Both the position numbers and the translations under genes were made by a program. The notes under the pieces are model-generated. The model worked only from the letters and a program-made list of their open reading frames with translations. It did not search any database and had not been told where the DNA came from. This document shows, piece by piece, positions 30,096 to 42,249 of a DNA stretch of 64,000 nucleotides. The first letter of the stretch is position 1; each line of letters starts with the position of its first letter. The DNA is from Ruditapes philippinarum (Eukaryota), in the NCBI RefSeq assembly GCF_026571515.1, contig NW_026854123.1, forward strand, positions 186,001 through 250,000, in the 5' to 3' direction.

Positions 30096-30426
30096 TACGG
30101 TGTTCCGTTTGGACAATCGTGATTTTTAATTTAGTCAGTACCCGCGATGCACGATGGTACGACGGAAAAAACGCGATGGTACGATGGTGAAAGCGCGATG
30201 GCACGATGGTGAAAACGCGAAAGTACGATGGTGAAAAAACGATGGCGCGATGGTGAAAACGCGATGGTACGATGGTGATAACGCGATATAACATCGCGAT
30301 TTCACCATCGTACCATCGTGTTTTCAAAATCGTGTCATCGTACCATTGCGTTTTCACCATCGTACCATAGTGCATCGCGGGTAAAGACGAAATAAAAAAT
30401 CACTATTGTCCAAACGGAACACCGAA
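30096..30426. mobile_element. Small MITE (331 bp), IS3EU-type ends, with internal ~22-bp tandem repeats
   Basis: TIRs tacggtgttccgtttggacaat and attgtccaaacggaacaccgaa (one terminal mismatch). 6-bp TSD GAATAT at 30090-30095 and 30427-30432. Internal cgcgatggtacgatggtgaaaa repeats occur in both orientations. Confidence 0.85.
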
Positions 30427-30439
30427 GAATATAATATGA

Positions 30440-30610
30440 TAAACAGGATCATCAAGGAAAGGCGGCGTTCAATGAACGCAACCCCCACATGTCTCAGCAA
30501 CAAAAACCAGTGGCAAGGAGCCCAGGCGGACCCCAAACAAAAACAGGACAGGGCACAAGGCAGAACACGGACGAGTTAATCACTAAAATGATAAGTATTT
30601 TGTAACTGAT
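30440..30610 (-). mobile_element. SINE-like 3' fragment, same family as 20785-21315
   Basis: Reverse-complement match to 21140-21313. Confidence 0.6.
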
Positions 30611-30964
30611 CAGACTGTAAGTGGGACGGATATATATTTGTCTTGCAATATGGTTTCGATTACATAATGAGCATCAATCGTTTAATGAATAATATTTTAA
30701 TAGAAAAAAATGAAAAGTGATTTTTATACATGTACACAATACGGTTTAGAGTTACACAAGACCACGCGACTTTACGTTTCATAGCAAACAGAGCATAATT
30801 AAAGTAATGGACAGGCAATCAAATTAACGCGGGCAATATGAGCATCTCGGATGTGATTAAATGTTTATATATTTTATATTTATGATTGTATTAGTAACTG
30901 CGGTGTGTTTTGTTTATACGATACGTAAAAATTGTATGAAATACTTTTACACGCCATATAAGCA

Positions 30965-33200
30965 TACCATATCAATAAATTTAGGTTTTTGTGTACGTAA
31001 ATAATCATAACAGACGTGAACCAAACACGTTGTTAAGCGACATGAGTATTGTCAGTATATAAATAACACATGGTTATGTGGGTAACAGTAAAAATATCAT
31101 CCCGAGGAAAATACTGTTACCCGAGGTGTATTTTTTACGAGGGGTGATATTTTTGCTGTTATTCACAAACCCATGTGTTATTTATTTTATAACCCCGAAC
31201 AAAAACTGTGATCTGAAATTGTCAACTAAAATCTAACTGTAACAAAAATAAACCAAGAGTTACAATAATTATACTGTCCTTACATTTTAAGTTTTAAGTG
31301 TACTGTAGACCTACTTGAGCAGTTTTTTATTTCTAAAGCTAGAGTCATAAACATACAATAAGCTGTGTTTTATTAAGAAAACAAAACACTAACCCATTTA
31401 TACGGTTATGATCTGTGAAATCTGATCCTTCTGCATACAGAATATTCTTCGCATGGTTTTTGACAAAATAACGGTAATATGCTATGTCTGTCCACCATAT
31501 TTGTAACGTTTTAAACTGATTAAATTGGTTACATTATCCTTTGTTGCATGCTTACATCGTCTGATTTTCGCAGTTTGAACATACTTATTCACATGCAATT
31601 GATTTCGTTGAAATCGGATGTTTACTTTTTTACCTTCAGCAAAAGATATTTTATACGCGCAAACGCACTCTACAGTAGGATACATAGCTTAATTTTATGT
31701 GTCATAGTAACTCTTAGGTGATTCCTATCGTGATGAACTTTGAAAATAAGAATGAATCGAGAAAAAAATGGCGGCCATTTTATTTCATTTTATTTAGAAA
31801 ATAGACCACTTGACCAGATTTTATACTGTTAAAAAGTACTGTTACCTATGTAACAGTACACAATTCTTAGCCACGTGGTACATTTGCATTAACAGTTAGA
31901 ATAACTCCTAGAGGCCTACGGGAAATTTAAATCACGAAAAAAGTGAGGGGTATTAATAGCAAATAACAATGTATATAGATAACTGTTCGTTTTGGTAAAA
32001 TCAGATTGTTGTATATTGCTTTCAAAGGTGTTTGGGTGTACAATTTCAATATAACCTTTTCCTAAAGAACCGTTAGTAATTAACATTTATAACGTCTCTT
32101 TCTTGTTACGTCTCCTGTTTTCATTCGGTGCCCTGCTTGATTCCGTATCAGCCGTTCTGTATTCCTGTTTTTTTGGGGCTGCGTTTATGAAATACCGCCC
32201 TTCCTCGATAGTGTCTGCACTCATATTTTATATGATGAAGCAGACAAAGTTGATGTAGAAATAGACTTGGAAATAATTGATCGATATTCAATTCATAGAG
32301 TCAAATCCTATTACTTGTTAAGATAACAAAACAATAAACAGATGGCTAATTTGTCTGATTCCATCATGTCAAACTCGACTTACAAGACATCAATTGATAA
32401 AATCGAGCACTTAGCTACAAATCTAATTTGTATTCTAACATATATATTAACGGATTACTCATTTCTTTAAATGGTTCTTCTTAGCAATACCTATGTAACA
32501 GTTCTAAATGTTTCATCTCGTGGCATTTTTACCAATCAATTCTAAACAAAAAAAATGCCAAACTGTTCACCATTTAAAAAACGTATTAATGCGATTCTTA
32601 CTTTGAGGTAAACGCACTCAAACGCTTTTCATTGTAAGGTCATTTTAAATTTTGCACAACAGGTATTATTATAGATATGGTTCAAATATTTCAAGAACAT
32701 ATTTTCTGTCCCGTCATGTCTAAAACTTTTTTGTTACAGTCTTGTTTTAATCTATATTGTTGTATAAACTATAATTTAATTTATAGATGTATCAGAAATG
32801 AGATAGAACGTTTCACTACATTATAAATTGCTTGAAATATGGACCTAAATACTTCTTCATATTACAATTATTATTTAAAAATGCTCATAATGATTATAGA
32901 TTCAAGTGATAATTTATATCCTATGTGCAATTAATGACTGTTTTGCAGTATTTATTACCATAATTATACTGCGTTACTAACACAGTATGGACTATTTTTG
33001 CATTAATTTGACCTCTGTGTGGTAATTTACGCGAAGCATAAGTGCCGATTGCAATGTGTTAATCATATTCTTTGTTCATTTCACAATATTTTACTTTTTA
33101 AATGTATTTTCAAAATTTTCACAAATCTGGAGACTTGCTGCTTTAATTAAATGCTGAATACAATTTGTCTAAGCTTTGCATACGAATTAATGTTGTGGGC
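30965..33200 (-). repeat. Right arm of the inverted duplication, interrupted by a foldback insertion
   Basis: Reverse-complement collinearity with 24600-26070. The extra ~0.9 kb at 31060-31955 has no counterpart in the left arm. Confidence 0.7.
31060..31955. mobile_element. Foldback element (possibly Crypton-like)
   Basis: Palindrome aaataacacatggtt...gtaacagtaaaaatatca / tgatatttttgctgtta...aacccatgtgttattt (31061-31183). Related tactgttacc motifs near 31840. Absent from the paralogous arm. Confidence 0.55.
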
Positions 33201-36200
33201 GACATGCAAACAATAGTTTTATTTTTTATTTAAACATTCCCTCTTACACAACTATAACTTTGCCACGATTAAATACTTCACTTGTTTTAAAAGTGCCCTA
33301 CTGGAATGTAATTATACACTTTATGTGTACTTTATTGAAACGCATATTTTAAGTATGTTTCATATCCAAATACTAACAATTACTGGTAGCCATCCTTGCC
33401 TGAAATAGATGAAGCGCATCTGCTATACGATCGTATGGTAATTATCTGTCACATTGATTGTAAAGTTTCCAATTTATGGCCTTTGTGTATCTCAAAAACA
33501 CTATTTATGGTAATTCCAAAATAAACAGACATATGTCGAAAAATCCAGACCGAAGCAATAAAACAAAGAAACATAAAATGGAGTGCATATTTTGAATAAG
33601 ATACATCTTGATAATTCTATAATAATTTTCAACATAATATTTATTTACCTTTGCCATATGTGTTGCTTTATTTAAAGAAAAAAGTGGTGTAGTGCATTTC
33701 AAATTATTGATATATAATAAAAGAAAACGATATAGTAATACATTTTATTTACTGTTATTTTAATTTCAAATATTCCACTGTCGTTTCAGGTTGCTTTGTT
33801 TTGCTTAATCTCGTGCCCGTTCCGAATTCAGACAATTTTAAGCCGCGACTCTATATACTGGTTAACATTTTTGTTCGAATTGTGTATTTTTCATTGATAT
33901 TAATCTTGATTAAAAAGCTAGCTTATAACAAACGAATCTACAAAAGTTTAAAGGTTTTTTTACATAACCGGTACGAATTTACTATATATACATTTTATAC
34001 ATTTAAATTGTTTAAAGTAACAAAATATAACAAAAATGCAGACTTCTGTAAAATTATTTGGTACAGTCCATTGTAAAAGTTCACGAAAAGAAACATTTAC
34101 ATTTCGACAATATGTAGCTATGTAGACAAATTGTTTGTGATTTTTGTGGTTAACCATGACGACGCTAAGAATATTTGTTTGCAATTGTATGCAGATACAT
34201 TGTATATATACACCTGGAAACACGTAAAGCACACCAGACATTTTGCTCAATTTTGACATGACCACAACTGAAATTTTAAATTTAGTTTGGGCAATGGTAT
34301 AAACCACATGTAATCAACCTGAAACAACTGGAACAAGCTCTGCACCAAGAATGGCAAAATTTACGCTAACATCGCACTAGACGCCTCACTGGTAGTATGG
34401 GGAGAAGGGTTGAGGTTTTCATCCGGGCACATTGCGGCGGTAACAGTGATTATTAAAAATTTGGCTACAAAGTGTCATTTTAGGTTACGTAATCGTCAAC
34501 ATTTACCAAAAATATCCACCAGTAAACGTTTTGTAAATGCTCTAAAACAATTACTTTTTTAGTAAAAAAAAAAAAACAACACACTTGCTTATGCTTAAAT
34601 AACGTTGTAAAGAATAAACTAAACGCATTGATTTACTGGTTTGTGATTACGAAATTGGTATCGCAACTTATCAAATTACTATTTTGTAGTTCAGTTAATT
34701 CGGCATGTCATGACATTGCTTTCAATCACAACCAATTTTAATTTTCCGGGGTGTGCTTAACTTATTTCAAGGTATATATATAATTTGTTCAATAAAGACA
34801 AACGCCTTTTTTAGCTTTCGACTTTTATTCTTCTTCACAAACAATTGACGTTTATAAAATATCAAGTGACGCAACGTCAATCACAAGCATACAATATTTT
34901 GTTTATATATAAATGTTATCATGACACAATTGTTTCATACCAAAGAGGGAGTTTCTAAAAAAACTTGTAGCTTTCTGGTCAATACTTTTTGTTTTTGAAT
35001 GTTATTATATTGCGTTTATGTGTATGATTGAAATAGTGTTTGTCCTAACGTAATTCTATACCAGTCCAAAACATTTTGCACAAAATTACTGATCATTTGC
35101 TGTCTTTAAAGAATACGCACTAGATGTGCAAAATAACATTATAATTGAAAAGCGTTTAAGTTTTATTAATAATCAAATTTAAAATTTATTTTGAGGCCAT
35201 TCCTTTTTCATTAATTTTACAAATTTGTCCACTTTAGGTGACAAAGTTGATATGTGATGAGTACTACAGTTGTATGGGCGTCTCGCGGTTATACACAGCA
35301 AATATTATGATATATGATGTCCGCACAAGCGCTCTCTGTCATGTTTTTGACGTACGCCCGTTGGGACTAATATAATTAAAGCAGGAACAAATTTATGAAA
35401 GATGAATTCTGTAATATTATCTAAAATGACTAATAACGAATAAGTTATGTACTGAAAAACATACTTTTTTGTTTCAAACAATGTTGTTTTATCAATCTAT
35501 GTACTGTAAAAGTACAAATTTGTTAAATTTGGTCTGTTTCATGACGGAGATAAGTAGAAAGCAGACAGCGAGACTAAGATAAGAAATAGCGTCTGAAGAA
35601 GATAATTGAGCGGGTTACTTTCTGTTGTAAATTGAATACTAGGAAACGATCTGCATGATTTAAATGCACTTAAGCATGCGCAGTAAGAACCTTAGACTTG
35701 GCAATGTCTGATAAATTGTCATCATCCGAACAAATTAAATAATATTTATCTAAAATATTTTTGTTTTCATCCAGTGCTGTTTAATTGTATAACCATAAAA
35801 AGTACAGGTATTGAATACATGTGCCAATACGTCCAAACGGTGCTATAAACTCTTAACTTCCTTTTTTATACTGCATACTGTAATTGCCATATTTCCTTAA
35901 TTTATATTTAACTATCAAGAAAATGTGTTGATACTAAACTTTTTGTCATAGTTTTATACTAAAATGTATTGATTGCGACATCATTATGACATCATATTAT
36001 GACATCATACAGTTACATCCAATATCTTCACAAAAAGTACATGGACTTATTAACTGTTGCCCTATTTCCAAAGTTATACCAACGTCTTACGATGTGCGCA
36101 TGTACTTTACATTTGAACAATTTGCACTTTACGACAGAACGGTCGATAGAAATCGCTTTGATTATCACAAGGTATGTATCTAACCAATGATTTCTTTCTA

Positions 36201-36736
36201 AAAAATCAGTGGCATGTATGTAGATGCCTAGATTATTGTACTGTTGTTCATAATAATACACTAATAATCAAATAATTGTAGTCTACCTTACCTGTCCTCG
36301 AACCTGTACTAATCCTTTTGTCAACCGTTAATTGAATACAAAATCGCTCACTGTAAGGTGTGTGTAAGTATATGACAGTCTTTTCCATCACCAGGTAAAC
36401 AGTTACGACATCAATGGGTGTACAAGAAAGATCCGACACGTATATGTGTTACTGTTTAATTATTTTGCTATCAAATACTCTTAAACATGGTTTTGTTTCT
36501 ACATCAGTTTTCAGATATATATTTTTTTTTGAAACAGAGAAAACGAAAATTTTTAACTTTCATGATCTAGTATTATGTCCTCCATAAAACCATATACAAG
36601 TTTTTATGTACCTTCCATTAACCCTGTATTAGAAGTACATCAATCGAATGTCTGGTAAAATTACAACACAAGCAAATATTTTTGTATCGAAATGTCACTT
36701 CAAAACTATTATACTTTTTCGCTTTGTATTACTGAA

Positions 36737-37142
36737 TACGGAAGCTTCAAAGGGTCACCTCTTACGCGATCTTTTATGAGAAGATTTACGCATGTCGAAA
36801 GAATTAAGGTGCAAAGGCATGATATCTTTAGTGTTTTCGCAAAAAATAATTCGAATAAACGAGAAGATTTGAGTTAATTGGCCAAATGTTTTCTTGCAAA
36901 AACAGAAACATTACACATAACGATTAATATTTTGACGAAAAATTAATAAAAGGTGTTTTTCGAAAAAAATGTAGAGGCAATACATGATGCATTTCACTTT
37001 CTCGAAAAAGATTATGACGGAATACCTCATTCATTTCACCTTCTCGCATTAACTTTTGTTGCATTACCATAATATATTTCATTTGATGAAAAAAGTTTGC
37101 GCAATGCCTAAAGAGTATTCCGCTTTTCGTTATAAATTTTTG
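36737..37142 (+). repeat. Left TIR of the large transposon
   Basis: Reverse complement of 56490-56893. I count 3 mismatches in the outer ~175 bp; the inner part is more diverged. Confidence 0.95.
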
Positions 37143-37228
37143 CATACGATGGCTTATTATTTCGTTAAATAAGTTTTAATAAAATTGTGATATTCAAGAC
37201 TACAGCAGGCAGCGTATTTGTGGAAGTC

Positions 37229-37252
37229 ATGGAGAAAGTTCTAACAGTATTG
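37229..37252 (+). CDS. Probable first coding exon of the transposase (MEKVLTVL)
   Basis: ATG at 37229 and donor TTG|gtatga at 37253. Phase 0 matches the acceptor ttactttcag|ATA at 40796, in frame with the transposase. Confidence 0.55.
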
Positions 37253-37511
37253 GTATGATATTATAATTTTTATCATCATCATTATTAGTAGTATTACAAT
37301 TAGTTGTAATAGGAGTTGTAGAAGTGGCGGTGCTGGCGGCGGTGGTTGTAGCAGCCCAGCAAGTATCAGTCTAAGTAGGTACATGTCGTAGTGCACGCTT
37401 TGTTAGATTCTCACACATTTGCCTTTTCATGATAGCTTATTTCATAGTAAGTGATTTACGGTTGCCATTCCCTACATCATTTTGCATTTTAATCCACGGA
37501 AACAATTTCTT

Positions 37512-38350
37512 AAACAGGAGCTGTCACTGAAGTGACTTATGCCCCCGATAGGAAGCTCTGGCATAAAATCCTCAATATATGACAAAATACTGGTTATATA
37601 CGCCCGACCTCCTTTGATAAATATCATTCCTATAATAGTCTAAACAATTTTCACTTAAATTCATCATTAAAGGCCCATAACTGTGCGAAAAAAAATCATG
37701 TACAAAATCATGGCACAATGCACAACTAGACTTGGCATGCAAACAACTTTATAAATGCTCACTGAAATTTTCCAAGCGGCAAAGTTAATTTACTGAAATC
37801 AGGAACTATTTACAACTACGCTTGGTGGCAAACAATTCTGTGAATAATCCCCCCCCCCCCTCTGTTTTGGTGATGAAGCGCGGACAAGGTTATTTTACTC
37901 AAAAAATTAACATTTAAGGGGCTATAACTGTCCCGAAATAGATTCAAGCGGAAAATCATGATACTATGCACAACTAGGCATAGTGACAAACAATCCTGTG
38001 ACGTTTCACTAAAATCACCCATCAGTTTATATGATGAAGCGCAGACAAGCTTATTTCACTCGACAAATTTCCGTTAAGGGGCTATCACTGTCCCAAAATA
38101 AGAATCAAGCTAAAAATCTAGATTATATGCACAATTAGGCATAGTGACAAACATTCCTGTGAAGTGTCACTGGAATCACCCATCAGTTTTCTTGATGAAG
38201 CACAGACAAGCTTATTTTACTCGAACAATGACCAGTAAGGGGCCATATCTATGTAAAAAAAGGATTCAAGAGGAAAATCAATAACGTATGCACAACTAGA
38301 CTTGGTGACAAACAATCCTGTGAAGTTTCACTGAAATCGCCCCATACAGC
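37512..38350. mobile_element. HINE/Helentron-type non-autonomous element with ~161-bp tandem repeats, nested in the transposase intron
   Basis: Starts aacaggagctgtcac...atgccccc. Repeats gcacaa.taggcatagtgacaaaca.tcctgtga recur at ~37968, ~38129 and ~38290. Confidence 0.6.
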
Positions 38351-38865
38351 GCGAACGACAAAATAACTATATAACTTCAATTTATTTGTTCATCCAGACT
38401 CGAAAGTATTCTTTAAATTACCTTAAAATTTATGTGGGCCCCCTCCCTAAAAAATGGTTTAAAATTATTGTAAGCATGCAATAACAGGATAAACACTTAC
38501 CAAACACAGCATTTTAGGAATCTTAATTAACCTTAGTATTTACTTCAGAAAAAGGGATGCATAATTATCAATATATATGATATTATTAAGAGTAAAATCA
38601 AAGTACTTAATATACTAGTTGTAGTGCGACTGGCAACAGTAACCAATGAAGTACTTAACAAAGCATATCTCTGTTTCATTATAAAGAATTTAATTGCCAG
38701 TGCAGTCATATTAAAGAAATTCCATATGGAGGTTTTGTCAAACGTGTTATTTGAGGTAAGTATTGAAAATAATACAAAATTCAATAAAAAAAAGTTATGT
38801 AATATCAACACTAATATGTTTACCTTTCAAGGTCCTACCGATATCAAGGTCAAATTTCATTATGT

Positions 38866-39260
38866 GTTAGCTCACCTACCACGTAACAAGATGAGATTTT
38901 GTGGTCAATTTTCCCGTCGTCCATCGTCCGTAAACAAAGTTGGCGTTAACGCTCTAGCGTTTTCATTTTTGCTTTGATCTTGACTAAACTTTGTCAGAAA
39001 GTGAATCTCAATGTAAGGTAGATCATTTTATACAATGGATTATGTCAGGTGAAGGTCAAGGTCACAGTGACTTTGAAAACAAAATCAACAAATTATGATA
39101 ATTTGTTATACATAATACTATGCTTGGAACAGTTTACCAAAATATGATAAAAAGAAATTTGCAAATGTAATAATATGAGTGAAATTTGGGTGCATTTATT
39201 TGAACCATACGAAAAATTGGAAATACCATATTGGCTGCAAATCTACCAACAGGCTTGTTA
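38866..39260. mobile_element. Degenerate HINE-type fragment
   Basis: Start ttagctcacct..., then a cgtcgtccatcgtccgt microsatellite and an aaggtcaaggtcacag motif. Confidence 0.45.
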
Positions 39261-39994
39261 TTGCTAAAACGCTTCTTGAGTGCAAATGTTTTGTTGTATG
39301 CAATTTTCTTCTCTTGTGAACATGTTGCAATTCACTAGAAAGTACAATAAAAATGCAGTATTGAAGAAATGAAAAGATACTTTTAAAACACGGCCGCCAT
39401 GAACCGGTTTCAAAAATATACTTCTACACAATGCCCAATGCCCACTCTGCCATTATACAGAAGAAAGGTAACATTTTTATTGCACACTACTTATTCACCA
39501 TACCTTACCCCTTGCGACTTTTTGTTCTTCCGAAATTAATAGAAATTAAATACTAATACAAATTGCTGGAAATAGTTCTATATGATACAAGACAGACACT
39601 AATCTTGGATCTGCCTACTAGTATACCTAAATTAGCGTACCGTGACGCATTCCGGACTTAAATCATACATTTCTAGTAAAGGGGAGTACTTCGAGGGAAT
39701 GACATAATGATATAACTGGTTACTAAAATATATTACATCCAGTTCCATAATAAGGAAATATTTTCGAATACTTCCTGTTACTCTGACTTTGATAACGAAC
39801 ATTGTTTTGAGTAAATATATTTATGGGTGGTACATGCATCGCATTCGATGTTCCAAACGGTTTAAAAAGTTGTGTTTAAGAAAGTTCATAGTGATGTGTG
39901 TTAACATTTACATAGTTGTTTGAAAGAGTCGATTGTTGTTGTTGTTTTAAACTCCCTAAAACACCCCGATAATTGGAAAAGTGCCATTCAACGT

Positions 39995-40335
39995 TGCAGT
40001 AGTATTGGTCCTAGTATTGCTAGCAGCAGAAGCAGCAGCATCAGCAGCAGCAGCAGCAGTAGTAGTAGTAAGAGCAGCAGTAGTAGAAGTAGTATAAGTA
40101 GCAGCAGCAGCAGTAGTAGTAGTAGGAGCAGCAGTAGTAGAAGTAGTATAAGTAGCAGCAGCAGTAGTAGTAATTGCCTAAGAAGTAAAAGTAGTATTAG
40201 TAGCAGTAGCAGTAGCAGCAGTAGTAGTAGTAGCTGAAGTAGTAAGAGTAGTTAAGTAGTAGAAGTAGTATTTATATAAATAGTCGTCTTAGTCTTATGC
40301 GTCGTCGTCGTAGTCATCGTTGTTGTCGTTAGTCG
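39995..40335. repeat. (AGC/AGT)n and (GTC)n compound microsatellite
   Basis: Visible directly; it explains the poly-Ser ORF 39920-40237. Confidence 0.9.
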
Positions 40336-40795
40336 TAATCTTTTATTTTACATATATTAATAGAAATAGATAATATTCTTTGCAAAAGTACTGAGAGACG
40401 CCTCCACATGAGCCAAAATATTTCAAGAAATTGAATCTTTGGAAAAATTTATTAAGATCTTTAAAAAGTAAGAAGATTTAATAGTTAAGTAATTATTTAC
40501 ATGTTATGAGCGTTTAATGACTGCTTTTGCAGTATTAATCACTAGTACTGCGTTAGTAACGCAGTAAGAGATTTTTATGTATATTTTGACCTCTTTTTTA
40601 TTATTAACGTGGATTGTACATGCCGTTTGCAATGTATAAATGACTTTCTTTGTTCATTTTACAATACTTTACTTTTAGATACATTTTTAAAAATTTCATA
40701 AAAATAAGCAAGAACCTGGAGGCATGTTGCTATTTAATGTTGTTGTATTCAGTGAAAAATTCTAATAATTTACTTTGCTATTTGATTACTTTCAG

Positions 40796-42034
40796 ATACT
40801 TCTTGTGGCAATTCATATCAAGTTGTCTTATGGTATGCTACGAGATGAGCTGAGCCTACACGATACTGTCCAAAAATACTTCAATCTTGGTTATACGCAT
40901 TCGGAAATGGCTGGAATGTTTTTGTTTGTTCACCATATTGTAGTTTCCAAAACTAAAATAAAAAGAATTCTTCGACGTTTAAACTTACGTAGACGTGAAG
41001 AAAGCAACCCAGAGGATATTGCTCGTGGAATAGTACAGCTACATCGAGAGGGGTATTCCGAACTAGGATACAGAGCAGCATGGAGAATGCTTTTTTTGAA
41101 ATATGGAATCAGAGCACATCAAAATACAGTGAGAATTTGTCTTAAGGCGTTAGACCCTTGTGGAGTAGTCAACAGGAAAGCAAGGCGATTAAGACGTAGA
41201 CAATATTTCAATCGAGGCCCAAACTTCGTAATTCATGTCGACGGATATGACAAACTAAAACCATTTGGAATATCAATTCATGGAGCTATAGATGGATTTT
41301 CCCGAAAAATTCTATGGTTGAAAGCTGCACCATCAAATAAAAACCCTGCTTTTATTGCATTTTATTTCATGCAACATGTCAAGAAACGTGGTCATGTCCC
41401 AAGAATGGTAAGGGTTGATGCAGGAACTGAAAACTGTACATTAGAGAACCTTCAGATCGCACTTAGAATGTCACATACTGATAGCATGTCAGGGTACAAT
41501 TCTGTTTCTGTTGGGAGATCAACTGCAAATCAAAGAATTGAAATGCTTTGGAGTTTCCTCTCGAGAAACTTTACTTGTTATTGGAAGAACTTCTTTAAAG
41601 ATTTGATTGATCAAAACCTATTTGATAATACCGATCAGTTGCATATCGAATGCCTCAGACTTTGTTTTATGCCTCTCATTCAAAATCATCTTGACTGTTT
41701 TAAGAAATCCTGGAATATACATACGATTCGGTCACAAACTTATTGCGAGACTGTAACAGGTAAACCCAACATGATGTATTATCAGCCAAGAATGTTTGGT
41801 TATACAGATTGTTCGTTTGCAATAAATTGTTCTGAAGAAGAATTGGATAATCTGGTGCGGGTGTATACCGAGGAACCACCTATCCATGGTTGTTGCAGCG
41901 AAATGTTGCAGTTGAGTGAAAATTGGATGGGGTTAAATTCACATTTCTTTCAACAACTGAACACTGCAGAACAAGCAAGCGATGTTTATCAAAACATACT
42001 ATCATCGCTTCATAGTCGATTACTACAGAATTAG
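40796..42034 (+). CDS. DDE transposase, integrase-core type (IS3/IS481-related, IS3EU-like); main exon
   Basis: Uninterrupted 419-codon ORF. HTH-like N-terminus (KYFNLGY...KRILRRLNLRRR; LGYRAAW). Motifs RRRQYFNRGPNFVIHVDGYDKLKPFGISIHGAIDGFSRKILWL, VRVDAGTEN, NQRIEMLW and WNIHTIR. Candidate triad D156/D215/E256 in ORF-track numbering. Splice acceptor at 40795; first internal ATG at 40835. Confidence 0.92.
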   Translation: MLLVAIHIKLSYGMLRDELSLHDTVQKYFNLGYTHSEMAGMFLFVHHIVVSKTKIKRILRRLNLRRREESNPEDIARGIVQLHREGYSELGYRAAWRMLFLKYGIRAHQNTVRICLKALDPCGVVNRKARRLRRRQYFNRGPNFVIHVDGYDKLKPFGISIHGAIDGFSRKILWLKAAPSNKNPAFIAFYFMQHVKKRGHVPRMVRVDAGTENCTLENLQIALRMSHTDSMSGYNSVSVGRSTANQRIEMLWSFLSRNFTCYWKNFFKDLIDQNLFDNTDQLHIECLRLCFMPLIQNHLDCFKKSWNIHTIRSQTYCETVTGKPNMMYYQPRMFGYTDCSFAINCSEEELDNLVRVYTEEPPIHGCCSEMLQLSENWMGLNSHFFQQLNTAEQASDVYQNILSSLHSRLLQN

Positions 42035-42249
42035 GTTTTTAGTGAGTGGGAAACATTTCATGGGGTATATGACAACGGCAGTAAATAGGCCACGTGGAGT
42101 TGTTCTTATTATGTCTGTATAATGCACATGCAAATACATGTATGTTTGATAATTGTTAAAATGTTATGGAATCGAAATGTATTAATTTCCTTAAAATGAT
42201 TTCATTTATGTACATATATCTGATAGTTTGTAAGGTAACGATAGATTAA

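Noticed and set aside
30019-30375. 118-aa ORF with repeated TIVPSRFHHR
   Set aside because: It is a translation of the MITE's internal tandem repeats.
4000-36700. Numerous 60-130-aa ORFs as host genes
   Set aside because: They have AT-biased composition, many non-ATG starts, no recognisable domains and no consistent exon chains. Small host exons could still have been missed.
36692-36877. Paired ORFs sharing YGSFKGSPLTRSFMRRFT (also 56753-56950)
   Set aside because: They are translations of the two TIRs and start in unrelated flanking DNA.
39920-40237. Serine-rich protein
   Set aside because: It is a translation of an AGC/AGT microsatellite.
40775-42034. LTR retrotransposon or Maverick integrase, or bacterial IS contamination
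   Set aside because: There are no RT, gag, LTR, polB or capsid genes. The spliceosomal intron context and long TIRs fit a eukaryotic DNA transposon.
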